A stretch of 64,000 nt of DNA, from the NCBI RefSeq assembly GCF_009914755.1, contig NC_060931.1; one strand, given 5' to 3'. The translations under genes were made by a program, and so were the position numbers. The notes beneath the pieces were generated by a model. It was given only the letters and a program-made list of their open reading frames with translations, did not search any database and was not told the DNA's origin. This document shows positions 27,105 to 44,448 of the stretch, piece by piece; position 1 is the first letter of the stretch; every line of letters begins with the position of its first letter. The DNA is from the human T2T-CHM13v2.0 reference genome, Homo sapiens.

Positions 27105-27498
27105 TGAGGAGTGGGCAGCTGATATTTATGGTGACCAAAAGTTGCAAAGTGTGGAGGCTGTAGGATCAGGCGGATTTGCAACAGATGCAGCTCTAACATA
27201 TTCAGCTGTGTGACCCTGTGTATAGCTGACCTTCCCAGGCCATCAGCAGTGAATACCAGGAAAAGCCTTGCAGGTGAGAGGTGGACATGACCAACAGTCC
27301 AGCTGTTCCTTCTTGGACACAGTGGCCATAAAATAGTGTCCCTACCTCTTGGGCATTTGGTTCTCTTAGCCCCTTTCTCCTGCAAGGGATCGAGCTCTTT
27401 TTCTTCTTACTCCAAATTTAGCTCGGATAGACCTTTTGAGTTTTTAAAAAGAATATTTGGTAAACTTTGACTCACCTGGGAACTGTTTTGTACACATT

Positions 27499-27948
27499 TA
27501 TAGTGGGCTGAATGTCTAAAAAGTTATGTTCATGTCCTAACCCCTAGAACCTGTGAAGGTGCTCTTATTTGGTAAAAGAGTCTTTGCAGATGTAATTAAG
27601 GATTTCATGATGAGATCATCCTGGATTTGGGGTGAGCCCTAAATCCGAAGACAGGTGTCCCAATAAGAAGAAGAGAGGCCACAGAAGTACAGAGACACAC
27701 AGAGGGGAGGGCCACGTGAATATGTAGGCAGAGATTGGGATGTTGGAGCACCAAAGATACTGGAGGATTACCAGAAACTGGAGAGAGGCATGGAATAGGT
27801 TCTCCCCTACAGCCTCTGGAAGGAGTCAGTTCTGCAGACACCTTGATTTGGGCTTCTGGCCTCCAGAATTGTGAGAGAGTAGATTTCTGTTGTTTGAAGT
27901 CACCCAGTTTGTGGAAGTTTTTTATGGCAGTCCTAGGGAACTAACACA
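27499..27948 (+). mobile_element. MLT1C/D-like solo LTR
   Basis: gtgggctgaatg...gaacctgtgaa...ctttgcagatgtaattaag...gcagtcctagggaactaacaca. Confidence 0.85.
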
Positions 27949-28289
27949 AGCACTGTGGGTTAGAGCCTTCTCTCCCCTTTGTGGTCAGCCCTTTTAGCTT
28001 CCCTGAGAAGTCTTTGCTTCTTTAGGGGTTTTCTACTTTTCCTTTTCTGTGAGGTCTTTCATGCTGGTAGAATAAGAATTTCAAGTTTTAGGTTCAGTTC
28101 TTTTGCACCATATTACCTCTCAGATTCTGTTGGCTGTGGGATCTGCACTTCTCTGAGCAGGCCCAACGCGAACCACAGGGCATAAGAGGATCTGATCCCC
28201 TTTTCCTAAAGGCTGTGTGAATTCCAGTTCGCTGGCTATTTATTCCTGTATTGATAAGGTGATTGCATAAATTATTGTCCCCTTACTGA

Positions 28290-28417
28290 TAAGGTGAGCA
28301 TATAAGTTAAGTGAGACATACTTGGACACCCTTGAGAATAAAAGGGACACTATTAATATTTATAACAGGTGTAAACTGGGACTATCCCAGGCAAACTGGG
28401 ACAACTGGTCATATCTA
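28290..28417 (+). mobile_element. MER94-like hAT-Blackjack MITE
   Basis: aggtgagcatata...gtaaactgggactatcccaggcaaactgggacaactggtcatatcta, with degenerate TIRs. Confidence 0.6.
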
Positions 28418-29577
28418 GAACCTGAATACAGTTCCACTGGGCCTGCTTTTTGGTCTTGTCAGTATTAAGTCAGGAATAATTGCTTGCTTGGCCTTAGGAG
28501 GAATTGTTGGCCTTCCCAAGTCTCTTTTCTCTTGCTTCCTTATTCTCTCCAAAAGTTGAATATTTCCTTATAGCTAAGGAGTTATCAAACTTCTTTGGTC
28601 TTCAGACTTATTTGGCAAGGCAAAACAGCCCCTGGGCACCTTACGTGTCCTCATTTTTGCTACTCAGCATTGTAAAAATGCTTCTCTACAATGAACAAGC
28701 ACATCAGGCTATTTTGGCTGTAACATCAATTAACTTGGATCCTTGAAAAAAAAAAAGCTCCAAAATATGTTAAACAAATTGTTAATTCATGCCAGGAACA
28801 AAGCACAGTTTGTCATGTTTCATACATTAATAGTGCATGGGGTTAACTCTTGAACCATCTGGAGGGCAGAATTCCGGGGCCCACGATGAGTGTGGTAGGG
28901 AGGAACTGAAGTCAGACATTGTTTCCTGATTCCCACATCACTTCTCCTGCTAAGAGAACAAAGAGTCATCTGTTGGATGTTCCTCTGGAGAGTAGAAGCC
29001 AGGCCACATTCTCTAAAATTAGCCTCTTCTCCTCTGCTGTTGTCAGAAACAAGGAGCCTTCCAGGATGTTTGCCATCACCACCAAGAAAGACCTAGAAAT
29101 GTCAATTGTAATTAAACACCATGATTGGAGATATATTACCCATATTGCTCCTCAGAAGAAATGGATTACCATGCATGATGTTTCAGTTACTAAATTAAAA
29201 ATTAGAGTCTAAGGTTTCTCCTGTGGAAGTCAGTGAAATCCTGCAAGACCCTGTGGTCACATTTAGAGAAGCTGCCACCAGTTGCCCTAGGATAGTGGGT
29301 TACATGGCTGACTGCCCATTTCAGGGATGCCCTTGAGGGTACGGATTGTGTTGTGATGTTCATTCGTGTGTCCTGGGGAGCTAGCATGGTCCTGGCAGCT
29401 GAGAGATGCTCAGGAAATGTGGATTGAATGAATGAACTATTTATGATAGAGGAGGTCCAGCATTCTCATTTACTGCAGCCATCAGTAGCTGAAAATATCT
29501 GAGATGTCATATAAGAAATATTCATATTCCCATAGGTACATCTTTATTTTGCTTAGTTGTGCTTAGATTAGTTAGAA

Positions 29578-30865
29578 ATTTTTATATTGAGGTATAAGCT
29601 ACATACAATAAAGTGCTCAGCTCTGTAGTGAACAGCTCAATTAATCTTTACACATGTACACACCCATGTCACCAGCACTCAGATCAAGATAACGAATGCT
29701 TCTAACACTCAAGAGCATTCCCTTGTGGATCCTTCTAGTCAAAAACTCCTGCCAAATAAATATAAACACTCTCTGACTTCTATTATCATAGGTTGGTTTT
29801 GCCTATTCTTGAACTTCATATTGTTGATGAAAAGAGTCAAACTCTTAAAATTATTTGAAGAGATATATTCTGAGCCAAATGTGAGTGACCATGGCCCATG
29901 ATATAGCCCTCAGGAGGGCCTGAGAACAGGTGCCCAGGGTGGTTAAGGTACAGCTTGGTTTTCTACATTTTAGGGAGACATGGGACGTCAATCAAATACA
30001 TTTGAGAAATACATTGGTTTGGCCCAGAAAGGCAGGATAATTCAAAGGGTGAGGGGCGGGGCTGCACGGCTTCCAGGCTATAAATATTTTCCAGTTGACA
30101 ATTTGTTGAGTTTTTCTAAAGACCTGGGATCAATAGAAAGGAAATGTTCAGATTAAGACAAAAGATTATGGAGACCAAGTTTCTTTTGAAGTTTCAAGTC
30201 TCATAGTGGCTGCCCTTAAAGACAATAGATGACCGATGTTTCCTATTCAGATTCCTATTCATATCTTTAAAAGGTGCTAGACTCTCAGTTAATCTCTTCA
30301 GGATTTGGAGGGCCTGAAAGAGAAAGATTTAGCTATATTAATAGAGATTCTTTAAAAATGCGAATTTTCCCCCACGAAGAACGGCTTTGCAGGGCCATTT
30401 CAAAATATGGCAAAGAAACATGTTTTGGGGTAAAATATGTAGATTTTCTTCTTTGTCACATAACATTATGCAAGTCAGATTGGAAAGTAAGTCATCATAT
30501 ACAGTTAAATAAAACTCATCTGATAAGAATTTACGGTTTGTAGGGCATGACTCCCCAGACCCCTTAGATAGGAATTTGGGCAAGATAAGAAAAATCAGTG
30601 CTTACTCCTCAATATAAATGTAATTGTATAGTATGTGATCTTTTATGTTTGCCTTCTTTCACTCAATATTATATCATGAGAGTCATCCAAGTGGTTAAGT
30701 GCTGTGTAGCAGCAGTTTGTTCTTTTTATTGCAAGGAGCTATTCCATTATATGACTATACCACAATTTATTTATCCATTCTACTGTTTGGGTAGTTTCCA
30801 GTTTTGGCTATTATGAATGAAACTTTTATGAATATTTTTGTTCATATCTTTAATTGCACATATAT
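29578..30865 (-). mobile_element. L1M (L1MB/ME-like) 3' end, interrupted by MER4E
   Basis: ttgaggtataagctacatacaataaagtgc...gaacttcatat [LTR] ataaatg...tttatccattctact. Confidence 0.75.
29822..30611 (-). mobile_element. MER4E-like ERV1 solo LTR
   Basis: tgttgatgaaaagagtcaaactc...gggcaagataagaaaaatcagtgcttactcctca. 4-bp TSD ATAT at 29818-29821 and 30612-30615, typical of ERV1. Confidence 0.88.
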
Positions 30866-31529
30866 TCTCAAAGTTTATGTTTTTCTTATAAGAGAGGAGG
30901 GAGAGGAGGGAAATAATAATGATAATAATAATAACTGAGACTTATTGAAAGCTTACTATATTCCAGGAATTATACTAAGTAATTAACTAAATGCTCTATC
31001 ACCATAGCCCATGCATGCTTTTTATTGCTATACCATTCTGCCTTCCAACTTCACACCTTAATTAGAAAAACTTAAAAGCAAGATGGCCTTTTAAGTACAA
31101 ACTGAGTATGTGATCAGTCAGCATCTGAAATTATGTAATTAACTTTTTTGTTTATTTTATAGCTGACCCTCTCCCACTGCTGCCATTTCATTCCCCATTA
31201 GAACGGGAACTCATCAGTTTTAGGGTTGAATTCCCAGGCACTCAGTTCCTTGCCTGGACCTGGTAGACTCTCAGTAAATCTGCTTTTTTACAGGAGAGCT
31301 ATTTTCTGAAAGATTATTTGTGACCAAGTTGTTTTTGAATCTCAGAAGGCATTTGCTGCAAAACTCTCTTGGACCAGTCCACCCAACCTGATATTATTGA
31401 CCTAGAATGCTAACAGTAGCTACCAAAACTTTGTACATTCTTTAAAGAGAGCAGATCTCTCAACTCAGTTGTTTGCTGGTATTTTTGTGTGCTCTTTATT
31501 GGTAATCTTATACTAAGCAGCTTAATTTT

Positions 31530-32170
31530 TTTTTAAATTGAGAGTTCATTAACATACAATAAAATGTCCAGATCTGAAGTGTTCTGTTTCATATGTGTTA
31601 CCAGCTGAGTGTAACTATCACCCAAAATAAGATGCAGAATGTTTCCATCAGCCCATTTATTCTCTCATCAATTCTCCACCTTCTCCCAGCCCCAACCAAT
31701 CACAAATCTGACTTCTTTTAGTATAGATTAGTTTTGCCCACTTTAGGGTTACGTATAATTGAAAACATACACTACATGCTCTTTGTCTACCTGGCTTCTT
31801 TTACCTATCATAGGGTTTTGAGATTCACCTTGTTCTGTTTATTTTTATTGCTGAGTAGTATCCTCATAGTATGAACATCTCACAGTTTGTTTGTCTACTA
31901 CCTTGTTGATGGGCATTTGGGTAGTTTCTAGTTTTGGGCTATTTTGAATACATTTGCTATGAACATTTTTGTATAAGTCTTTTTGTGGACAGATTTTCAT
32001 TTCTCTTGGGTAAATTCCTAAAAGTGGGATTATTTGGTAAGTGCATGTTTTAGCTTTATAAGAAACTGGCTGTCCTCAAAAGTGGTTGAACTATTTTATA
32101 CACCCACCAACAATATAGGAAAGTTGCAGATGCTCTGCAGCTTTACCAGCATTTAGTATTGTTATCATGT
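31530..32170 (-). mobile_element. L1ME/L1MB-like 3' fragment
   Basis: aacatacaataaaatgtcc...ttgctgagtagtat...gatgggcatttgggtagtttc...cccaccaacaatat. Confidence 0.75.
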
Positions 32171-34128
32171 TAGTATGGTCATGAGTATGCAGTTCTGTTT
32201 GTACACGCACTCATTTCCCCCAACATTTGCTTTTATATAATTTCACTCCTCTTTCTTTCTCACCATAGACTTTGAACCTTTATTCCTAGTCCTAGGCCTT
32301 CGTTTTGAGTGCTGAGGCTGAGGATTTCCTTCACTCTGAAACTCACTGTGGATTCAGTGTTCTCTGCTTGAGAAAAGAAGACTATTAATTCCTCCTACCT
32401 ATCTTTGTTTGGCAGGTCATAAGTTCCTATTGGGCTTCTAAGGGCAGACTACCATTTCTGTTGGATTTTTGGCTGTAACCAAATTTAACTAGAAAATAAG
32501 CTTTCAAGATTGGGGACCTTATCTGATTTGATGATCATTATATTCCCAGCTTTCAGATCAGTGCTGGCACATAATAAATATTTGTTTAATGAAAGCATTT
32601 TAAAGCTATGAAAGTAAACATGTTACACTTTAATCAACATTTAGCAATGTACTTATTAGGAGTTTCTGACAGTGGCAAAGTTAATATTTGAATTTTTCCT
32701 TAAAAACAAAATGTAATATGGTTTGGTGATAGGGTCTGGAAATAGCCTCTGAAACCCACCTGCACGTGCCACCTGGGGGCCTGGGAACTGGTCTGCCCAG
32801 CCTGCCACTGCCACTGCTGGTGCCCACATGTGCCACTTGGGGGCTTGAGGGTTGGCTGGCTGATGCTACCACCACCACCCATATCATGCGTGCTACCTAG
32901 GGGCCTGATGACCCTCCTACACACCCAAGCCACCATTGCCACTGTAGGCACCCAAGCAAGCTGCCTGGAGGCCCAAGGAGCCACCTGCCTGAACTTGCTA
33001 CCACCAGTGCCCACATACGCCACCTTGGGATCCAAGGACTGACAATTTCAGTTCACTGCCACCACCACTGGTGTCTGATGACCAGTCTGCCTGGCATCCC
33101 TGTCTCCCACAGAGCCTTGCCGTAACCTCCACTAACAACTGCAGCCTAAACCACTGAAGAATTCATAGACACCTCTGATGCTGATTATAGCTAAAGAAAT
33201 CATACAGACCCTACACTACTGCACCCACCCAGAATCAAAGCCAAGGTATCCTACCCAAATAACATTATAGATATATCTATAGAAAAAGTCTTTCCCTATG
33301 AAAGCCAATTCATAAAATTGGAAGAAGCAACTGTTACACTAGATGTGCAGGTATTAATGTAAGGACACAATAAACATGAAAAAGCAAAAAGATATGACAC
33401 CTATAAAAGAATAAAATAATTGTTCAGCAACAGATTCTAATGAAAAGGAAATCTAAGAAATGCCTGAAAAAGAATTCAAAATAATGACATTAAAGAAACT
33501 CAATAAGATACAAGAGAACACAGAGAAACAATACAGAGAAATGGGGAAAACAATTCATGATCTGAGTGAGAAATTCAACAAAGATATACTTACCATAAAA
33601 AAGAACCAAACAGACATCCCATAACTGAATAATTCAATGAATGAGATAAAAAATACAATTGAGAGCTTCGATAACAGACTAAATCAAGCAGAAGAAAGAT
33701 TTTCTGTTCATGAAGACAGGTCTTTTGAAATAACCCAGTCAGACTTAAAAAATAAAAATAAAAAAGAATAAAGGAAGCCTATATTCCACACAGGATGTCA
33801 TAAAGCAACCAAATATTTGAATTTTGAAAGTTTCAGAGAAGAGAGAGGCAAAGGCGTAGAAAACCCATTTAACAAAATAATAGCTGAAAACTTTCCAAGT
33901 CTTGCAAGAGATATAGACAACCAGGCACATGGAAATTCAAAAATTCTCAAATAGATTCAACCCAAGAAGATCTTCCCCAAGGCAGATTGTGGTCAGACTG
34001 CTAAAAGTCAAAGACAAAGAATTCTGAAAAATAACAAGAGGAAAGTATTAAGTTACATGTGACAGAGTTCCCATCAGACTAACAAAAGATTTCTCAACAG
34101 AAACCTTAGAGGCCAAGAGAATATATCA

Positions 34129-34524
<396 letters not shown>

Positions 34525-35044
34525 TCAGCTAAGAATACTAAATCTAGTAAAGTTAGCTTTCAAAAATTAAGGAGAAATAAAGTCTTTCCCAGACAAGCAA
34601 AAACTGAGGACATCCATCACCACTAGACTGAACCTACAAGAACTGCTTAAGGGAGTCCTACATCTGGAAATGAAAGAACAATATCTACCATCATGAAAAC
34701 ACACAAAAGTATGAAAGCAGGTGGTAGAGCAGACACATAATGGGAAAGAGAAAGGAGTCAAATGTTACCAATACAAAAAACCACCAAACTGCAATGATAA
34801 ACATTAAGAAAGAAAGGAACAAAGAATATACAAAACAACCAGAAAACAATGAACAATAATGACAGTCCTCACCTATCAATAATAACTTTGGCTGTGAATG
34901 AATTAAATATCTCACTTAGAAGATATAGAATGACTGAATGGATTTAAAAAATGACATAAGTTTATGCTTCTTACAAGAAACTCACTTCACCTGTAAAGAC
35001 ACATATAGACTAAAAGTGGAGGGATGGAAAAAGATATTCCATGC

Positions 35045-35322
35045 TGATATGGTTTTGTTCTGTGTCCCCACCCAAATCTCATCTTATATCTCCCATAAGT
35101 ACCACATGTTTTGGGAGGGAGCCAGTGGGAGATGACTGAATCATGGGGGTAGGTCTTTCCCATGCTGTTCTTGTGATAGTGAATGAGTCTCATGAGATCT
35201 GATGGTTTTAAAAATCGGAGTTTCTGTGCACAAGCTCTCCCTTTGCCTGCTGACATCCACATAAGATGTGACTTGCTCCTTCTTGCCTTCCTCCATGATT
35301 GTGAGGCCTCCCCAGCCATGTG
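35045..35322 (+). mobile_element. 3'-truncated THE1 LTR inside L1 ORF2
   Basis: tgatatggttttgttctgtgtccccacccaaatctcatc...gaggcctccccagccatgtg, then an abrupt return to L1. Confidence 0.9.
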
Positions 35323-36925
35323 AAAAAGAGACAAAGAAGGTCATTATATAATGATGAAGGTATCAATTCAGCAAGAAGATATAACGATTTTAAATATATA
35401 TGCACTCAACACTGGGTGCACCCAAATATATAAAGCAAATATTATTAAATTTAAAGGGAGAGAGAGGCTTCAATACAATCACAGTAGGAGACTTAAACAC
35501 CCCACTCTCAGCATTGGATAGATCATCTAGACAGAAAATCAACAAAGAAACACTGGACTTAAATTGGACTTTAGACCAAATGGATGTGACAGACATTTAC
35601 AGAACATTTTATCCAATAGCTGCTGAATACACATTCTTCTCATCAGTACATAGAACGTTCTCCAGAATAGGCTGTATTTTAGGCCACAAACCAAGTCTCA
35701 ATAAATTTTAAAAACTCAAAATCATATCAAGTATCTTCTCAGATCACCGTGGAATAAAAGTAGAAATCAATAACAAGAGGAACTTTGGAAACTGTACAAA
35801 TGCATGGAAATTAAACAACATGTCCCTGAACAACCATTGGACCAGTGAAGATCTTAAGAAGGAAGTTAAGAAAAAATCTTGAAACAAATGAAAATTGAAA
35901 CACAGCATACCCAAACCTATGGGTTACAGCAAAAGCAGTTCTAAGAGGGAAGCTTATAGCAATAAATGCCTATATCGAAAAAGTGGAATGATTTCAAATA
36001 ACCTAATGATGCACCTCAGGAAACTAGAAACGCAGGAATAAACCAAATCCCAAATTAGTAAAAGGAAATAAATACCTAAGTGAAATAGAGACTAAAAAAA
36101 TACAAAGGATCAGTGAAATGAGAGGTTTTTTTTGAAAAGATAAATAAAATTGATAAACTGCTAGCTAGACTAACCAAGGAAAAGGAAGAGAAGACCCATA
36201 TAAATAAAATCAGAAATGAAAAAGGAGATGTCCTAGAATTCATATGGAACCACAAAAGGCCCCAAATAGACAAAATGATACTGAGCAAAAAGAACAAAGC
36301 TGGAGGCTTCATAGTACCTGTCTTCAAAATATACTACAAAACTATAGTAACCAAAACAACTTGGTGTTGGTATAAAAACAGACATATAGACCAATGTAAC
36401 AGAATAGAGAACTCAGAAATAAAGCCACATATTTACAGCCAACTGATCTTCAACAAAGTCGACAAGAACCTACACTGGGGAAAGGACTTGCTCTTCAATA
36501 AATGGTGTTGGGAAAATTGGATAGACACATGCAGAAGAATGAAACTGGACCCCTATGTCTCACCATATACAAAAATCAATTGAAAATGGATTAAAGACAT
36601 AAGACTAAAACTATAAAACTACTTGATGAAAACATAGGGGAATTGCTTCAGGACATTGGTCCAGGCAAAGATTTTATGGCCAAGACTTCAAAAGCATATG
36701 CAACAAAACAAAACCAAAAACAGACTGATAGAACTATATTAAACTAAAAAGCTTCTGCATGGAAAAGGAAACAACACTGTGAAGAGACAACCTGTAGAAT
36801 GGTAGAAAAGAATTACAAACAATTAATCAGCAAGGGATTAATATCCAGAATATATAAGGAACTCAAACAACTCAACAGAAAAACAAAACAAAACAAAAAG
36901 CCCAATCCCATTAAAAAGTGGGCAA

Positions 36926-37077
36926 TCGGCACAGTGGCTGATGCATATAATCCCAGCTACTTGGGAGGCTGAGGCAAGAGGATTGCTTGAGCCCAGGAGT
37001 TCAAGGCTGCAATGAGCTGTAATTGCACCACTGTACTCCAGCCTTGGTGACAGAGTGAGACCCATCTCTAAAAAAAC
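36926..37077 (+). mobile_element. Alu right-arm monomer (FRAM or 5'-truncated AluJ)
   Basis: Single arm with perfect 13-bp TSD aaaaagtgggcaa at 36913-36925 and 37078-37090. Confidence 0.85.
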
Positions 37078-38260
37078 AAAAAGTGGGCAAAGGATCTGAA
37101 TACATATTTCTCAAAAGAAGACATGTAAATAAATGGTCAACAGGTATATGAAAAGATGCTCAACACCACTAATCATCAGGGAAATGCCAATTAAAGCCAC
37201 AGTGTGTGAAATATAATATCACCCCAGTTAGAATGGCTATGATGAAAAAGACAAAAAATAACAAATGCTGGGTTGGGGGGATGTGGAGAAAAGGGAATTC
37301 TTATATGCTGTTGGTGAGAATGTAAATTAATATAGCCATTATGGAAAACAGTATGGAGGTTTTTAAAAAAACTTAAAATAGAACTACTATATGATCCAGC
37401 AATCCAACTACTGGGTATTTATTCAAAAGAAAAGAAATCAGTATATCAAAGGGATACCTGCACCCCTATGTGTATTGCAGCACTATTCACAATAGCCAAG
37501 ATACGGAATCAACTGAAGTGTCCATCAACAGATGAATAGATAAAGGAAATGTGGCATATATATGCAATGAAATACTATTCAGCCATCAAAGAAAATGAAA
37601 TCTTGTCATTTTCAGCAATGTGGATGGAACCGAAGGTCATTATGTTAAGCAAAATAAGCCAGGCACAGGAAGACAAATATCACATGTTCTCATATATGAG
37701 AGCTAAAAAAGTTGATCTGATGGAGGTTGAGAATAGAATGATATTTACCAGAGACTGGGAAGGGTATGTGTGGGGCATGAAGAGAGGCTGGCTAAGTTCT
37801 AGTGTTTGAAAATATAATAGGGTGGCTATAGTTAACCATAATTTATTGTATATTTCAAAATAGCTAGAAGAGAAGATTTTGAATAATTCCAATACAAAGA
37901 AATAATAATTGTTTGAGGTGATGGATATCCTAAATACCCTCATGTGATCATACACATTGTATGCATATATCAAATATCACAGGTACCACATAGATATGTA
38001 CAATTATTGTGTATCAATGAAAACAATTGTTTGAAGGATATGAAAATAGAGAAAATACACTGAAGTTATTAATAATAAAATGGAACTTCTGAGTTGACAC
38101 AGTATTTAGTTGTCCATGTTGTATGATGGAAGGGGGCTGCTGTAAGTTTCCATTCTACAAAATATATCTCCCACCAGATTGGCAGAACTCCTAAAATGCA
38201 TATTAGTAAAGATTTGTTTCTTGGCTTAAGGTGCTCTTATTTTCATGAGATCTCTTTTAA

Positions 38261-38564
<304 letters not shown>

Positions 38565-38904
38565 TAAAATTCAAAATTTTAAGGGAGAGTCCTATGGGTC
38601 CTTATGGAGAATTAGTTTAACAGATTTTATTGCCAGTTCCTTTGTAAGGTCTGGAGAAGCAAGACCCCAGAAGAGAGAAGATGGCCCAGGTGGTTTCATC
38701 CCAGGGCCTTGCCTTCTGAGGGTGGGGGTGGAGGTGTGTGTGGGTATGGATGGGGAGTTTAATCATCTCATGTTTTGGGAGGTGAATGTGAACTTAATGC
38801 TGGACTTGGGAAGCAGTAGGGAAGGCACTGAAAAAAAAAACCTGTTTCAAAATTCAGTCAAGCTGTTAAAGATAAGACTTACAGGTTGAAAGTATAAAAG
38901 TGGT

Positions 38905-39282
<378 letters not shown>

Positions 39283-39567
39283 TCAGAGATATAAAAAATT
39301 ATGGACGCCAAAGTTAAACTTTATCTTTTAGACATAATCTTCAATGAAATCACCTCAACATTTAAAAGACATTTTTAAAGTTTGTTCTTTTCTTTCGCCA
39401 TTAATCACGCAGTCAGCTGAAATACAATGAATATGCAAAGATGAGTTTGGTTTCACCTATCTTTTTACCTTCTCGGCCTGCCTAATGGTTTCCATCTTTG
39501 CTCAAATGTGTTTACGAGACTTACAATTTTTATCTTCAATATTTCATTTCCCATTCACTTTAAAAAA

Positions 39568-39847
39568 TTTTTTTAGGCAGAGTCTCGCTGTTTTGCCCAA
39601 GCTGGAGTTCAGTGACATAATCATGGCTCACAGCAGCCTCACCCTTCTGGGCTCAAGAGATCTTCCCACCTCAGCCCCTGAGTAGCTGGGACTACAGGGA
39701 CATGCCACCATGCCTGCCTAATTTTTTGTAGAGACAAGGTTTTGCCATGTTGACCAGGCTGGTCTTGAACTCCTGGGCTCAAGCGATCGTCTGCCTTGGC
39801 CTCCCAAAGTGCTGGGACTACAGGGATGAGCTGCCACACTTGAGCCC
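39568..39847 (-). mobile_element. AluJ
   Basis: Antisense Alu with ctgggctcaag in both arms. Confidence 0.87.
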
Positions 39848-39928
39848 CCATTTGCTTTTATGAAATGAATGATTGTAATTTCCATAGTTGCACAAACATT
39901 GCTCTGCTAAATAAGATGGCTGTACTGA

Positions 39929-40465
<537 letters not shown>

Positions 40466-40589
40466 TGAACTTTCTCCTCTCCTTACACGACTCAGACCTT
40501 CAAGTGCAGGCTTAAAGTTAACTCCTCAGTGGGGCTTTCTTAGAACACCCTGTTTAAATTAGACTCCTCTCTCCATTTATATACTTATT

Positions 40590-41665
40590 TTTACTAATAG
40601 ACTTTATTTTTTAGAACAGTTTTGTATTTACAGAAAAACTGAGCAGACAGTATAGAGAGTTCTTACAAATCCTGCCCATAGTTCCTATTTTTAACATCTT
40701 ACATTAGTGTGGTGCATTTCTTTCTATTAATGAGCCAATGTTATATCAGTATTAATGCAAGTTCATAGTTTATTCAGATTTGCTTAGTTTTTACCAGATG
40801 TCCTTTTTCTGTACCAGGATCCCATCCAGGACTCCATATTAGATTTATTTCTCATGTATCCTTGGGCTCCTCTTGGCTGTGACAGTTTCTCAGAATTTGT
40901 TTTTGGTGACTTTGACGGTTTTGAGGAGTACTGGTCAGGGATATTGTCAGATGCTCCTCTACTGGAACTTGTCTGATGTTTTTCTCATAATTAGACTGAG
41001 TTATGGGTATTTGAGAGGAAGACCACAGAGGCGAAGTGCCATTTTCATCACTGTGTATCAAGGGTGCATGCTATCAATGTGATTTATGAATGTTGACGTT
41101 GATTTTGATCACCTGAATGGGGTAGTGTTTGTCAGATTTTTCTACTGTGAAGTTATTTATTTTTCCCTCTTTTCCTACTGTACTCTTTCGAAGGAGGTCA
41201 CTAGACACAGCCCACCCTAAGGAGTTGGGAGTTACACTTCCCCTCCTTTAGGATGCAGTATCTATATAAATTGTTTGGTATTTTTCTGCATAACAAATTT
41301 ATTTCTTCTCCATTTATTAATATATTCAATCATTTATTCATATCAGTATCAACTCATGAATATTTATTTTACACTTTAGGTTATAATTCAGTACTACCTT
41401 GCTTATTTTGTTGCTCCAATTGTTCCAACCTTGGCCTTTGGTAGCTCTTCCAGATGGTTCCTGCGTTTCTTTGACTTTGCCCCATCAATTTTTTTTTTCA
41501 TCTTCTTACTTTCTGGCAGTACAAGATACTCTAGAATCATCTTGTATTTTTCCTGCCCCAGTCTTGGAATCAGCCATTTTTCCAAGGAGCCCTGGCTCCT
41601 TTTATTGGAGAATGGCTTTAGAAACTGAGATCTGGGTGCCAGGTATGCCCATGGCTACTGGTGTG
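40590..41665 (-). mobile_element. L1MC/L1MD-like 3' end within an L2 remnant
   Basis: tagactttattttttagaacagttttgtatttacagaaaaactgagcag...ccaggatcccatccagga...ggaatcagccatttttccaaggagccctgg. Confidence 0.8.
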
Positions 41666-42131
41666 TTCCTCATTTGTTTTTTATTATAGTACCCTGATTC
41701 TTTCATCCATAGCTTAAATTATACAGTATGTTATGATTCATTTGCTTTCCTATTTATTATCTGTCTCCCCACATATATTGTCAGCTCCATGAGTTCAGGT
41801 GCTATGTTTCACCCACAGTGCCTAATACATAGCTGGCCCTCAATCAACATTTGTTGAAGGAAGAAATGAATGAAACCTGGCCAGGAAGCAGAACTTTCAT
41901 GACAGAGCTTGCAATGTTCATTCAACACCTGATGAATTAATGCCCAAGTTTAACATATGAGCCATGGTTTAAACTTTATGGGTTTCAGTGCATAAAGTAT
42001 TAAAGAAAAGTTAGACTGATTAAAAAAAGCTGAATGTATGAAATTGAGGATTCCATTTATGTATACAGTACTTAACAAGTTCATTAATTGTGTTGATGTT
42101 TATATTCTAATTCGCTAGGCAACTTAAAAAA

Positions 42132-44448
<2,317 letters not shown>

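Noticed and set aside
32766-32781. CTCF-like gccacctgggggcc
   Set aside because: It mismatches the core A position and sits in an L1 5'UTR GC repeat. Motif-only evidence is too weak.
35400-36583. L1 ORF2 peptides as a functional endonuclease/RT gene
   Set aside because: Fragmented by stops, a THE1 insertion and deletion of the RT domain.
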